From IMG/VR virus record IMGVR_UViG_3300037466_002408: a stretch of DNA of 64,000 nucleotides. One strand, 5' to 3'. This document shows positions 18,574 to 28,945 of the stretch, one piece after another (within the stretch, counting starts at the first letter, position 1; each line of letters starts with the position of its first letter). This stretch comes from an uncultured virus (IMG/VR IMGVR_UViG_3300037466_002408). Taxonomy: Duplodnaviria > Heunggongvirae > Uroviricota > Caudoviricetes. Below the pieces are notes generated by a model. It was not told where the DNA came from, made no database searches, and was given only the letters and a program-made list of their open reading frames with translations. Position numbers and translations under genes: made by a program.

Positions 18574-19199
18574 TGCCTAAGTATCGTATTACCCCTGAGG
18601 ATTTCGCCGCAGGTAAATCCAGTCCATTAAACGGCATCAAAAACCTGATGCGTCATCATAACGAGGTGGCTAATTACGTTGCTCGTCGCATTGCGGAAGA
18701 AGTGGTCAAACAAGCTAAAGAATACATTCTTGATGGCCATCCTAACTGGAAACCTCTATACGACGAGGGGGATGGTATTGGCGAAAGCACAAGACAATGG
18801 TGGTCTGCTGAGAAAAAAGACAAAACTGGCAGAGGTCGTAGAGAATCAAATCGTGACGGTTCAGAGCCGCTGTTGGACACGGGAAGTCTTTATGATTCAA
18901 TCAAGATTTTCGGCCAAACGAGAACCAAAAAGGGTGCTGTAGTTACTGCTGGTTCCGATCACCCTGCTGCTGCGATGCATGAATTTGGTAGTGCCAATCC
19001 GGCCGAGGCCGAGCATAACCCTGAAGACTGGCGTAGTCGTCCACCCGCAGCCAACCATTTATTTCGTAGTGATATTCCCGCTCGTCCTTTCCTCGCCCCG
19101 GCAATTATGAAGGTTAGAAAAAATCGCGCCTTTAGAGAGTCCATCAACAAAGAAGTTAAAGAGAAGTTTTCTCATCTACTTAAACAAGGAAGTAAGTAA
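18573..19199 (+). CDS. virion morphogenesis protein (Mu gpG / HK97 gp10-like)
   Basis: PLLDTGSLYDSI, AAMHEFG, IPARPFL. Confidence 0.8.
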   Translation: MPKYRITPEDFAAGKSSPLNGIKNLMRHHNEVANYVARRIAEEVVKQAKEYILDGHPNWKPLYDEGDGIGESTRQWWSAEKKDKTGRGRRESNRDGSEPLLDTGSLYDSIKIFGQTRTKKGAVVTAGSDHPAAAMHEFGSANPAEAEHNPEDWRSRPPAANHLFRSDIPARPFLAPAIMKVRKNRAFRESINKEVKEKFSHLLKQGSK

Positions 19200-19837
19200 T
19201 GCCTATTCGCAATGCAGAGGATATGACCCTCAACACACTAAGAAACGCATTATCGGAAGCGACAGGTATTCCTGCTGCCCAAATTCATTTGCTGCGTCCC
19301 GCTGTTGAGTTTGTGTCCAAGCAAGATGATGCCGGTAAGTCAATTCAGCCCGCTCCCATTTATCCTGCAATCGCAATCAACTATATGAAGGATGCTCACA
19401 TTAATCCTAATAATTACGGCGAGACAAAATACCTTCCTGCTCCGTCTGGAATGGTGACGGAGTTTTCTCCCCTTGCTGAAATCGAATTGCTTCTGGCCGT
19501 TTCTCTATTCACAAACACCAGAAAAGAGCAAAGAGATTATTCGGCCACCATTGAGCAATTCTTTCTAACTAACTCATTCCTGAATCTACAGGGTGATGTT
19601 TTGACTGGCGAATATTTTGGCCTCAAATTCAACAAGAAACATATGGTTAACGACACCGCTCCTTTCCATGTAGCTTTTGTGGTCGAGACTTGCTCTCGCA
19701 TTCTCAAAGAAGTGATTGGCTATCCAGTCAATTCAATCGTCACAAATATCGCCACAACAGAAGCCGATTATCCACCAGTAACAGGAATGGTAATTACAGT
19801 AACAGACGGTGAAGATATATTATACCAAACACCCTAG
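19199..19837 (+). CDS. putative tail terminator/completion protein
   Basis: Position immediately before sheath; YPAIAI motif. Confidence 0.55.
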   Translation: MPIRNAEDMTLNTLRNALSEATGIPAAQIHLLRPAVEFVSKQDDAGKSIQPAPIYPAIAINYMKDAHINPNNYGETKYLPAPSGMVTEFSPLAEIELLLAVSLFTNTRKEQRDYSATIEQFFLTNSFLNLQGDVLTGEYFGLKFNKKHMVNDTAPFHVAFVVETCSRILKEVIGYPVNSIVTNIATTEADYPPVTGMVITVTDGEDILYQTP

Positions 19838-19889
19838 TCTAAAATAAATACTGTAGCTGTAAATTTTGCAATTTGCGAAAGGACTAAGA

Positions 19890-21353
19890 ATGTCTCCAAT
19901 CGTTAATAACTTCACAAACTTCACCACCCCTGATGTGTTCGTGCGCGAGGCTACTCCTGCCGCTTCCATCAAGGGCTCAAGCATCGGCGTTGTGGGCGTT
20001 CCTGTCCAAGCTATCCGTGGCCCTGTTGGCGAGCCTACCGTCGTTTCCAGCCTAAGCGATTACGTGCGTAAGTTCGGCGGTTACGATCCTTCCGTCAAGG
20101 AAGACTTCATGTTCATGTACAACCTATTTAACAACGGTGCTACCGAGGTTGTGGTTGTGCGTGTTACCGACTCCAACGAAGCCAAGGCTACCGTTGCTCA
20201 GAATGGCACCACCTTCCGTCTAAAGACTCCTGGTTCCTGGGGCAACGGCGCTAAGCTAACTTCCGCTGCTTCTTCCGTTTCTGGTTATGTGGATCTAACC
20301 TTCACCTACGGTAACGAAACCTACAAGTATTCACAGGTGACTTTTGCCGACGCCAACGATCCCCAATACTTCAAGACCATCATTGAGGCTTCCCCTGATG
20401 ATTTCGTTGAGGTTATTGTTGCTGGCAATACCAACATTGCTGTTGGCACTTACACATTCTCTGGTGGTTCAAACGGTACTGCTGTTGGCATGGCTCTAGA
20501 CGACACCTCTTACGTTGGCACCAACGATGCTAACGGTCTAACTGGTCTAGTGGCTCTTGAGGCCGATGACGATGTTGAGATTGTGGTTTGCCCCCGCGCC
20601 AACGACACTGTTAACGCCGCTGTTCTAACTCATGTTTCTCTAGCCTCTGTCTCACCTCGTATTGCTGTTGTTGCTCCTGCTTCCGGCACAATCGTTAACG
20701 ACGTTGTGACCTCAATGGCTGCCTACAACTCAGATCGCCTAGTTGTGACTTACCCCTTCGTGCAGGTTCTAAACCCTTACAACAACAAGAAGGAATATCA
20801 CAACCCCACAGCTTTCTACGCTGGTGTTCTCGCCCAACTCAACTACCACCAGTCACCTTCACGCAATCAGCTAATTGGCGTTATCGGTACCGAGCGTGCC
20901 CTACAGCCTGCCGAGGTTGATACCCTTGGTAAGAATCGCGTTTCACCCATTGGTCTAAAGAAGGCTACTGGCTTCGTGATTCTAAACGGCATCAACACTT
21001 CTTCAATTCCCGCCAAGGCCAACATCACTCGTCGCCGCGCTGTTAACTACTTCGCTAAGACCTTTGAGGCTGGTTCTCAACAGTTCGTTTCCAAGCCTCA
21101 TACTGTCCAGCTACGCTCTGATGTGAAGTCTGCCTTTGGCACCCTTCTAAACAACGAGCTACAATTGGGTCGCATTGGTAACGTTAACGGTGGCAAGGCT
21201 TACGCTGTCAAGTGTGACGAGCAAAACAACACGAATGATGTGGTTCGCGCCAACAAAATGATGGTTGATGTGCAAATCTCACTCCTAGCTCCTGCTGACT
21301 TCATCCTAGTCACCATCGACGCCAGCGAAGCCAAGGTTGTCAACATTCAGTAA
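19890..21353 (+). CDS. contractile tail sheath protein
   Basis: PDVFVRE, RGPVGEP..YVRKFGG, FSGGSNG, VKCDEQNN, PADFI. Confidence 0.92.
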   Translation: MSPIVNNFTNFTTPDVFVREATPAASIKGSSIGVVGVPVQAIRGPVGEPTVVSSLSDYVRKFGGYDPSVKEDFMFMYNLFNNGATEVVVVRVTDSNEAKATVAQNGTTFRLKTPGSWGNGAKLTSAASSVSGYVDLTFTYGNETYKYSQVTFADANDPQYFKTIIEASPDDFVEVIVAGNTNIAVGTYTFSGGSNGTAVGMALDDTSYVGTNDANGLTGLVALEADDDVEIVVCPRANDTVNAAVLTHVSLASVSPRIAVVAPASGTIVNDVVTSMAAYNSDRLVVTYPFVQVLNPYNNKKEYHNPTAFYAGVLAQLNYHQSPSRNQLIGVIGTERALQPAEVDTLGKNRVSPIGLKKATGFVILNGINTSSIPAKANITRRRAVNYFAKTFEAGSQQFVSKPHTVQLRSDVKSAFGTLLNNELQLGRIGNVNGGKAYAVKCDEQNNTNDVVRANKMMVDVQISLLAPADFILVTIDASEAKVVNIQ

Positions 21354-21424
21354 TCGCCAATAACTAAAAATGAAGAGTGGGGAGGGTAAACCTCCCTGCT
21401 CAACCTATATTGAAGGAGAATTAA

Positions 21425-21946
21425 ATGGGTAAAGCAAGAGTAATGGGCAATAACGCCAAGATTTATGTAATGGATGCGTCAGCGCAGCCTATTCTTGTTG
21501 GCGAATGCGATAAGTTTGGCGCTAAGTCGCTAGATGAGCTAAAGAAGTCTCAGGCTCTAGGTGAGAAGAATATCACCTCGCAGACTGTATTCAAAGGCTA
21601 CGACATGGATTTCGAAGGTGGTAAGGTTGACGCCAACCTAGCCGCTCTAATGCACTCACAGGACAAGCAGATTGCCGCTGGTGGTCGCTCACCTTATTTC
21701 AAGGTGAAGGAAGAAGTGACCCTATTTGATGGCACTGTTGAGGTTTGGTGGTACGACGAAGTGACCCTACACGGTTACGAGAAGGATAGCCCCTCAGAGG
21801 ATCAGCTATCAGGTAAGTTCTCTGGCTTCTGCGGCGTTCCTTGCCGTCGTGGCGATGAGGCTACTGAAACTGCTTCAGCCGCCGCTGATGCTACTGTCAC
21901 CGCGATGTTGGCTGCGATGACCGGAGTCCAAAAGCGTTTTAGCTAA
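21425..21946 (+). CDS. tail tube protein (likely major)
   Basis: Directly after sheath; AAGGAG RBS; capsid-like codon bias. Confidence 0.75.
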   Translation: MGKARVMGNNAKIYVMDASAQPILVGECDKFGAKSLDELKKSQALGEKNITSQTVFKGYDMDFEGGKVDANLAALMHSQDKQIAAGGRSPYFKVKEEVTLFDGTVEVWWYDEVTLHGYEKDSPSEDQLSGKFSGFCGVPCRRGDEATETASAAADATVTAMLAAMTGVQKRFS

Positions 21947-21958
21947 TAGGTAATAAAA

Positions 21959-22453
21959 ATGGGCAAAGCAAGAGTTTATAGCAATAACGCTGTAATTCTA
22001 ATTCACTCACAAGCTTTGCTAACTCCCATTCCTCTCGGTGAACTAGACTCCTTCAAAGCTACTTCCTCAACCTCCATTATTAAGAGTCGCCCAATCGGTT
22101 TCATTAACGAGCAAGCCACTCTTCAATATGGAGGTTGGGATTTATCTTTTGATGGCGGCAAAGTGGATTGGAGCTTAGCGCATTATTACTGGCTACAAGA
22201 TCGTCAGCTTCGTGCTGGTGGTGTTGAGCCAGAGATTATGATTAGCGAAACCGTGCTTCACTACAATGGAGCCATCGAACAATATCTATACAAGGGTGTG
22301 ACCATTTTCGGCCTTGAATCAGACAAAGGCGAGGAAGTCAAAGAATCGGCTAAAGGTTTTTCTTCTTACAGAATTATGAGTCCTGCTGACACAACTAATG
22401 TCGCAGATGCCACCAACATCATTAGACAACTTCTCTTTAAAACGGCAGAATAA
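21959..22453 (+). CDS. tail tube-like paralog 2
   Basis: MGKARV..NNA, GELD.F, GGKVD shared with 21425..21946. Confidence 0.7.
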   Translation: MGKARVYSNNAVILIHSQALLTPIPLGELDSFKATSSTSIIKSRPIGFINEQATLQYGGWDLSFDGGKVDWSLAHYYWLQDRQLRAGGVEPEIMISETVLHYNGAIEQYLYKGVTIFGLESDKGEEVKESAKGFSSYRIMSPADTTNVADATNIIRQLLFKTAE

Positions 22454-22456
22454 AAC

Positions 22457-23158
22457 ATGGCGCTATTTGACGATATCTCACAATTCAGTACAGATGTGAC
22501 CGATTTAACAGAGGCGTTTGTCTCTAAGAATCTGCCCGATAACTATTTCGCCATTCCTAAAAAGAGAATCCTTACCTCTCGCGCAAAAATCAAACTAACT
22601 GTGCCTAACTTTGGCCTTGGTGGTGTTGGTGGCGATGAGATTGAAATTGGCGAAGTGGACCAATTCAACGCCTCAATTAACTTTGAGGTGGTCAAGCAAT
22701 TTCGCCCATACGGACACACCAAGCTAAAAACAATCACTCGTCCTGCTGGCTGGAACATCAATATGTCTGGTGGTAAAATTGATTGGAAGCTATCTTACCT
22801 CGTTTATATGAATGAGCGTTTTCTACTCGGTAATAACAGTAACAAATCATCAGTAAGTAGCATTACCTCGTTTGGTAAAGGCGAATCTGAAGCCATTGGT
22901 AATCAATTGCTTTTTGTTGCAGAGCAAACCATCACTTACTATGACGGCACCGTTGAGAGATACAAGTATAAAGATTTAGTGCTGCTAAACTACGGCCTAG
23001 AAATGGCCTATAACAACGTCGAGATTCCAGAGAGTCTTTCTGCTTTTTCGCCCGAAAGAATTATTGATAGTGATTTTGAGAATGACTACCGCGTAACTAA
23101 AATTAAGAGTACGGGGATGGATATTATCTCAACAATGATGGAAATCAATAAATCTTAA
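22457..23158 (+). CDS. tail tube-like paralog 3
   Basis: GEVDQF, GGKIDW, YDGTVE shared with the two upstream genes. Confidence 0.65.
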   Translation: MALFDDISQFSTDVTDLTEAFVSKNLPDNYFAIPKKRILTSRAKIKLTVPNFGLGGVGGDEIEIGEVDQFNASINFEVVKQFRPYGHTKLKTITRPAGWNINMSGGKIDWKLSYLVYMNERFLLGNNSNKSSVSSITSFGKGESEAIGNQLLFVAEQTITYYDGTVERYKYKDLVLLNYGLEMAYNNVEIPESLSAFSPERIIDSDFENDYRVTKIKSTGMDIISTMMEINKS

Positions 23159-23167
23159 GGAGCTAAC

Positions 23168-23470
23168 ATGGCAGAAAAGACTTTGTGTACTGGCAAGAAG
23201 GTTGTCGTCAACGAGCTAAGCGCCCTAGAGGAAGTTCTAGCGTATCAGCTACTCGGCAAGAGTTATGACGAGAAGAATATGATCGGTACCGCTACCCTAC
23301 AGCGTTCACTTCTAACTCTCCTATCAATTGGCAGTGTTGATGGCGTTGATTACGTTCCTCCCAAGTCTCTTGAGGATGCTTTTACCAAGCTAAAAGATTT
23401 CTCCAAGAAGGAATGGAACGAGATTCAGGCTCTCTACAGTGAGGTCAACGACGTAGACATGGGGGAATAG
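23168..23470 (+). CDS. tail assembly chaperone (gpG-like)
   Basis: Position after tubes; ends at a G-GGG-GAA slippery run. Confidence 0.75.
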   Translation: MAEKTLCTGKKVVVNELSALEEVLAYQLLGKSYDEKNMIGTATLQRSLLTLLSIGSVDGVDYVPPKSLEDAFTKLKDFSKKEWNEIQALYSEVNDVDMGE

Positions 23471-23643
23471 ACCGCCTTGCTGATAATCCGGTACTCAGAC
23501 AGGGCTTATATCTTGTGAAATCCGGTATCCCTTGGGAGGCAGTTTTCGGTCCAATTAGAAAGCCATTAAATAGAGTTCAGAGAAGCGCAATCGTAATTGT
23601 TCTCAATGAATTAAATGGTGTAGATTATAGCAATGAACGTTGA
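23461..23643 (+). CDS. -1 frameshift extension of the tail chaperone (gpT-like)
   Basis: 60-codon open -1 frame GGIDRLADNPVLRQGLYLVKSGIPWEAVF...SNER ending just before a terminator. Confidence 0.7.
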   Translation, partial: GGIDRLADNPVLRQGLYLVKSGIPWEAVFGPIRKPLNRVQRSAIVIVLNELNGVDYSNER

Positions 23644-23645
23644 TG

Positions 23646-23670
23646 GAGAGCGGCGAAAGCCGCTCTCTTT
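23646..23670 (+). terminator. intrinsic terminator
   Basis: GAGAGCGGC-GAAA-GCCGCTCTC followed by TTT. Confidence 0.75.
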
Positions 23671-23706
23671 AATATTAAATAAAATTTGAATGAGCGAGGC
23701 CCCTCA

Positions 23707-24402
23707 ATGATTTACTTCACCGAAATCGACAAAGATAAAAACAAAATTCTTTTCCAATTTTTCGACAGAGAGCTTCCTGAGGGTATTGCTCCTGGCAAAG
23801 AAACCGCCATGAAAAAGGTCAAGTATCCTGGTGGTTTCCAAACCAATCAAATCATTGGTGTGTACCAAAAGGAAATTGAATTCGGCGGATTGTTTTATGG
23901 TACCTATAAGGTAAACGGTGAAACGCTAACAGCCAAAGATAGAGCAGACTTTATCCTCGGTGAAGGTCGCTACAAAGGGCAGGGCTTAATGGGTCGTCCT
24001 CTGCGTGTTGGCTTCCCTGTTCCTGGTCATAGTCCCAAGGGCAATTTGCCTGGCGAAACACCTACTCTCGATATTACTGACGAGGGATACGGTGGTTTTG
24101 TTGGCGAATATGTTATTGAGGATTTCACGCCTGTAGTTAAAAGCTACTTCGAAGTCGAGTATTCAATCAGACTTGTTCCTCACCAGCGTCAAGAGAAAAT
24201 TCGCCCGACAGAAACAACCTCAGTCAAGATTACGGTAAACGTAAATAACGCCAAAGCCGCTGGAACCAGACTACAAACAAAAGCAAAAGCCACAAAGCAC
24301 CCTTCTCTAAAAAAAGCTGGTAAAGCAGGAAAAGCCGCCACAACAACAGCAGCTAAAGCAGAGCCGGAAAAGATTCAATTCGAAAAAGATTACAAGAGAT
24401 AA
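23707..24402 (+). CDS. putative tube initiator / baseplate protein (P2 gpU-like) with basic tail
   Basis: YPGG..NQIIG....IEFGGLF, GEYVIEDF..EYSIRL. Confidence 0.5.
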   Translation: MIYFTEIDKDKNKILFQFFDRELPEGIAPGKETAMKKVKYPGGFQTNQIIGVYQKEIEFGGLFYGTYKVNGETLTAKDRADFILGEGRYKGQGLMGRPLRVGFPVPGHSPKGNLPGETPTLDITDEGYGGFVGEYVIEDFTPVVKSYFEVEYSIRLVPHQRQEKIRPTETTSVKITVNVNNAKAAGTRLQTKAKATKHPSLKKAGKAGKAATTTAAKAEPEKIQFEKDYKR

Positions 24403-24405
24403 CCA

Positions 24406-26742
24406 ATGGCTGATTTTACTTATGATATTCTGGTAAATATTCTTGGTGAGCAGGATGCCACCAATTTCGCCAGAACACTACGCACAGCAGGTATCGAGGT
24501 ACAGAAGTTCTCTCGTATGTCTCGCGGTGCCAATGGCTCTCTCGTTGAAGAGACTCAATTCGCCATTAAAAGACTCAATCAGCAACAGCGCGATCTAGTT
24601 CGCTTCTATTCCAATGCTTTCCGCAATACTCCCAATGGTGGCGGTACAGGTCAATACAGAGAGAATTACACGGGTCAAACACCTCAGGGTATGGCTCGTC
24701 GCATTCGCCTTGCGCAAAATCTCGCCAACATTCAAGGTCGAGTTCTAAGACAACAACAGAAACAAATTGAGTTAGATGCTCGTCACGCTTCTCAGGCCAG
24801 CAATTCAAATATCTCCAACCAATTCAAACTTAATGACGCTCTCCGCAAGCAGATTGATGCAGAAGATCAATTGGTCAATGTGGAGAAAAAGCGTCGTGCT
24901 GCCATTCAGCAACTAATCAATGAGTCTCAGCATTATCACGGCATGGCTGTTAGATATGCTGAAATGGAGAGAAATGCGCGTGTAAATGGCGACAACGCCG
25001 CTGCACAAAGCCATCATTTGTATTTCCAGCGTTATGTGTCAGAGTCTCGCCGCATGGCTTCTGAGGCCGAAAGAGCCGCCAAGCGCGAGCTACGTGCTGC
25101 CGAGAATTCCGCCCAAAGACAAGAGAGAATTATCAGAAACCTAGTAAGCTTAAAGCATTCGCTTTGGGCCATTGGCGCTCTTGTTGGTGTCGAAAGACTT
25201 GCAAGCGGATTTAGAGGAATCACTGACCATATCTACGAGGCTTATAAAGCTTCTGTTGAATTCAATGACGAAGCAGTGAAAGCTCAAACGCTATTCACCT
25301 CGCTTGGCATTGGTGATACAGGTCAAAGCCAAATGGATATTGAAAGAGGTGGCGCTGGTATTACCGCATCCATGAAGAAGCAGCTTGAAGGCGCTAAACT
25401 CATGGGTAAAGACCTAACCGATCTACTCCGCGAGGAATCGGCAAAAACAGGCCAGGACTTCTCTGAAATCATGGGTGTGGCTAAGGCTGCGCTTCCTGAC
25501 TTGAAAAACAAAATGGGAGTTTCTGATAAGGAGTTCTTAGCCAAAGGTGGCGACGTTAAACAATTCACCAAAGACCTAATTGAGCTATCTGCCGTCATGA
25601 AGATGGTGGACGAAAAGGGTCGCAAAATGTCCTTCCACACCGTAGGTATTCTAGAAGCCTTTACTGGCTCTGGTGGCGACGGCAAGAAGGGCTCTGGTGC
25701 TGCCAACTTCCTATCCTTGCTACGTCGTGAAAACATCAAGCTAAAAACCGCCGACCAAAAAGCTATTACAGACGCTATTAACGCCCGTAATCCCTTCAAG
25801 GCTATGGAAGCAATGAAGAAGGCTCTAAAGGGTGCTGGTATTGATGCAAATAACATCAACACGCTTCTCTCTAAGACTCGCGAGGCTAACATTTCCGGCG
25901 TAACCAACGCTTTCAAGACAATGGGCGGTGCTATCACCGAAACATCAAGAACTCTAGAAATGAAATTCTTCTCGTCAATGAGAATCAATATGGCGAGAAT
26001 CATTGCCAATGATGGATTCAAGAAGATGTTCAAGGGCTGGGATAAAGCTCTTGGCGGTTTCGTTGATCGTATTCTTGGCGACCTCACGAAAGCAATGGAT
26101 TTCCTTGCTCAAAATCCGCAACTTATCGACAATGCGTTCAAGTCTGCTATTGCGACAATGAATGAATTCTACACTATTACAAAGGAAGTAATTGACCTCG
26201 GCGCTGCCTTCTTTGAGGGCTTCTTCAGCCAGGACACCATTGATGGCTTTAAGATGGCTGATGCTGTTGATAGAGTTAAGGTAGCCCTAATTGCCCTTCG
26301 CCCCACAATGGTTGATATCGGCAAAAACGGCAGAATGATTACCAACGCTTTTGGTACATTGGGCTCAATGACCTTCAACGGATTAGTCTTTACGTTGAAG
26401 CTTATCAATAACCTTATCAATCTAATGAAGATTGGTATGGAAGGAGTAGCTTCGGCTGCTGGTACGCTATCCACAATGTTTGACCCCAAATCGGAAACCG
26501 TTAGTCCTCCTACGGCTGTCGATGCATATGTAAGACAAAATGGTGGTTTCGGCGGATACGACCCCAGAACGCAACCTTCTAACCTCGGTGGTCCAGTTGG
26601 TGGAATTACAATTCATGGTGATGTTCACGTTCAAGGCGGTAATAACAACAAGGAACTAATGAAGAACTTACAGCAAGCGGCTGGTGCATACGGGCCGATG
26701 ATGCTCCCTGAGGGCTCTCAACTTCCTTTTGCGGCTAGGTAA
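24406..26742 (+). CDS. tape measure protein
   Basis: 778 aa, helical Ala/Lys/Gly-rich; ITIHGDVHV near the C-terminus; precedes LysM and hub genes. Confidence 0.8.
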   Translation: MADFTYDILVNILGEQDATNFARTLRTAGIEVQKFSRMSRGANGSLVEETQFAIKRLNQQQRDLVRFYSNAFRNTPNGGGTGQYRENYTGQTPQGMARRIRLAQNLANIQGRVLRQQQKQIELDARHASQASNSNISNQFKLNDALRKQIDAEDQLVNVEKKRRAAIQQLINESQHYHGMAVRYAEMERNARVNGDNAAAQSHHLYFQRYVSESRRMASEAERAAKRELRAAENSAQRQERIIRNLVSLKHSLWAIGALVGVERLASGFRGITDHIYEAYKASVEFNDEAVKAQTLFTSLGIGDTGQSQMDIERGGAGITASMKKQLEGAKLMGKDLTDLLREESAKTGQDFSEIMGVAKAALPDLKNKMGVSDKEFLAKGGDVKQFTKDLIELSAVMKMVDEKGRKMSFHTVGILEAFTGSGGDGKKGSGAANFLSLLRRENIKLKTADQKAITDAINARNPFKAMEAMKKALKGAGIDANNINTLLSKTREANISGVTNAFKTMGGAITETSRTLEMKFFSSMRINMARIIANDGFKKMFKGWDKALGGFVDRILGDLTKAMDFLAQNPQLIDNAFKSAIATMNEFYTITKEVIDLGAAFFEGFFSQDTIDGFKMADAVDRVKVALIALRPTMVDIGKNGRMITNAFGTLGSMTFNGLVFTLKLINNLINLMKIGMEGVASAAGTLSTMFDPKSETVSPPTAVDAYVRQNGGFGGYDPRTQPSNLGGPVGGITIHGDVHVQGGNNNKELMKNLQQAAGAYGPMMLPEGSQLPFAAR

Positions 26743-26745
26743 TAT

Positions 26746-27120
26746 ATGTCCACAATTTACTCACAAGAAATCTACAACGAAATCGTAGCCAACAAAAGCT
26801 TCAATGAAGCCCTCATTGATGAGATTTACGGTAGCTACGACAGTATGACATTCGATGACAAACTGATTGCCATCGAAATAATTGCCGACCTCAAATTGTT
26901 AAATGATGAGTACAACAAGTACATTATCGTTTATCAGCAGAATGTAAAGACCAATAAATCAAAGAGTCAGTATATCGTAATCGAGGGCGACACGCTTCAG
27001 AAAATCGCCTACAAATACACCGGCTCTATTGATAACTGGCAAAAGATTTATCTGTATAACGGACTGAAAGATATTAAGCTTACTGCTGGCGATATTATCA
27101 ACATTCCAGAGGACTTGTAA
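26746..27120 (+). CDS. LysM-domain baseplate protein
   Basis: YIVIEGDTLQKIAYKYTG..WQKIYLYN..LTAGDIINIP. Confidence 0.85.
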   Translation: MSTIYSQEIYNEIVANKSFNEALIDEIYGSYDSMTFDDKLIAIEIIADLKLLNDEYNKYIIVYQQNVKTNKSKSQYIVIEGDTLQKIAYKYTGSIDNWQKIYLYNGLKDIKLTAGDIINIPEDL

Positions 27121-28373
27121 TGAGTATTGATGATATCTATAGGTCGCATCGCCCAAGAGCCTTCGTGAAAATCGGTGGCTCTCTTATTCTTTGTGAATCT
27201 TTCAACCTGACCAAGAGTAACAAAGGTGAGGCTCAAAGCGCCAACGCAACCATCCTCTTAGACTCAATCGAATCTGATGTTTTTGCCGATGATAAAATTA
27301 TGGATAACATCATGGAGATTGAGATTTGGGCTGGCTATGTAGAGGACGTAAAACACGAAGCAAAGCAGCTAGAGGATATTAAAGAAGATATCCTTTCAAA
27401 GAACCCCAAGAATCGCCTGTTCACTCGTCGTTTCAGTGGCTTTGTGAGCCAGCCTGATTGGTCATTTGGTGGCGATGGCGAGTATCTTCACCTTGCTTGC
27501 CTTGATTGGACTGATTTTCTTCGTCAGTTCAAATACGCTGAAAACTTTGAGGGTAGCGCCTGCGAGATTAGAGAAATCGCCAAGAAAATTACCGCTGCCA
27601 TAAAAGGTATTAACATCATTGTAGATGATTACTCTGGCTCTGCTCGTCTAGGCGAAATCACTACAGACGGTAAAACAACCACGCAGGTTTATCATGCAGC
27701 AGGCAAAGACTTCATGGCTATCCTGGATGATTGTGCTGACAAGCTTGGCTACATCATTATTGTTAATGGCAAAGACATTCATCTAACGGCTCAAAAGAAG
27801 AGTCCGTTTATTTGGCCTATGTATTATGGTCCTGCAAATCGCCAAGAGCTAATCCAAGGTCAACCCAGAGGACAATACTTCGACACACTCAATTTCCGAT
27901 TCGGCGCTAAAGGAAGAACAGAAAAAAGTAATGTTGTTGTAGAAGTCACCGGCATTAACTATAACAAAAAGGGCACCAATGGTAAGCCTGTTCGCGTTGT
28001 ATTCCCCGAGGATAAAGCAATCACCTCGGTTACAAAGTACGAGAAGATTCAGGTGGCTGGCGACGTTCGCGAATCACAACTTAAAATAATTGCTGAGAAT
28101 CGCTACCGTCAGCTTGCCTCAAGACTTGTCACCGGCACAATCAGCCTTCCTTTTGCTAACAACTTCATTGAGCTTTGGGACATTGTTGAATTCGTTCCTG
28201 ATGAGTCCAAAGAATCGCTGAAATTCCTAAAAGGATATTGGTTCAATGTTGCGGCTATTAATGAGGATTTTGGTTCTGATGGATATTCTCAGTCCGTCGA
28301 ATTTGAGAGCGATGTTACTCTACAGAAAACGGTAAAGCGCAAGATTGCTCCACAACCACCTAAGAAGAAATAA
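27120..28373 (+). CDS. baseplate hub protein (P2 gpD-like)
   Basis: IEIWAGY, FSGFV, LACLDW, GYSQSVEF; position. Confidence 0.75.
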   Translation: MSIDDIYRSHRPRAFVKIGGSLILCESFNLTKSNKGEAQSANATILLDSIESDVFADDKIMDNIMEIEIWAGYVEDVKHEAKQLEDIKEDILSKNPKNRLFTRRFSGFVSQPDWSFGGDGEYLHLACLDWTDFLRQFKYAENFEGSACEIREIAKKITAAIKGINIIVDDYSGSARLGEITTDGKTTTQVYHAAGKDFMAILDDCADKLGYIIIVNGKDIHLTAQKKSPFIWPMYYGPANRQELIQGQPRGQYFDTLNFRFGAKGRTEKSNVVVEVTGINYNKKGTNGKPVRVVFPEDKAITSVTKYEKIQVAGDVRESQLKIIAENRYRQLASRLVTGTISLPFANNFIELWDIVEFVPDESKESLKFLKGYWFNVAAINEDFGSDGYSQSVEFESDVTLQKTVKRKIAPQPPKKK

Positions 28374-28375
28374 GT

Positions 28376-28939
28376 ATGGCCGATAAATTCACACCTTTTA
28401 GAAGAATCCAAGAAGGAGTATCTGACGCTATCAATAACAAGCGTTGGATTCGCTTTGGTATTGTTTCTAAGGTTCGTAAAGATGACCGTAAGGTTCGCAT
28501 TAAGCTTCTTCCTGAGTTGGTTGAAACTAATTGGCTTCGTGTCTATTTCTTCAATGCTGGCGATAACTACATGACCGGCGCTCTGCCTGAGGTTGAGTCA
28601 GAAGTCGTGGTGATGTTTATCGAGGGAATGCCAGAGGGTGCTTTTGTTCTTGCTGGCGGATTCGTTCAAAACGGCGATAACCCCGCTCCACTCACTGACG
28701 ACCTTGATCTCAACATCATGGACAAAAATGGCAACAGAGTAAGAATGGATGCCAACGGAGTCACCATTGATTCGCCACACATCTTCCTCGGCGCAGACGC
28801 AGCAGAACGACTAATTAAAGGTGATGCTTTCAAAGCGTTTTTCAATGCTCATACTGTCGCCACACCGTTTGGCCCCTCAGGCCCTCCAATTCAACCGATG
28901 TTGGATACACACCTATCTAGCGTTAGCAAAACAAAGTAG
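28376..28939 (+). CDS. baseplate central spike (gpV-like)
   Basis: TNWLRV, LPEVESEVVVMF, FNAHT. Confidence 0.8.
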   Translation: MADKFTPFRRIQEGVSDAINNKRWIRFGIVSKVRKDDRKVRIKLLPELVETNWLRVYFFNAGDNYMTGALPEVESEVVVMFIEGMPEGAFVLAGGFVQNGDNPAPLTDDLDLNIMDKNGNRVRMDANGVTIDSPHIFLGADAAERLIKGDAFKAFFNAHTVATPFGPSGPPIQPMLDTHLSSVSKTK

Positions 28940-28945
28940 GCTTAT

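Noticed and set aside
25323..26087. Long antisense ORFs (also 16887..17564, 5264..5887, 3492..4001, 50754..51230)
   Set aside because: Shadows of well-supported genes on the opposite strand with no recognisable motifs
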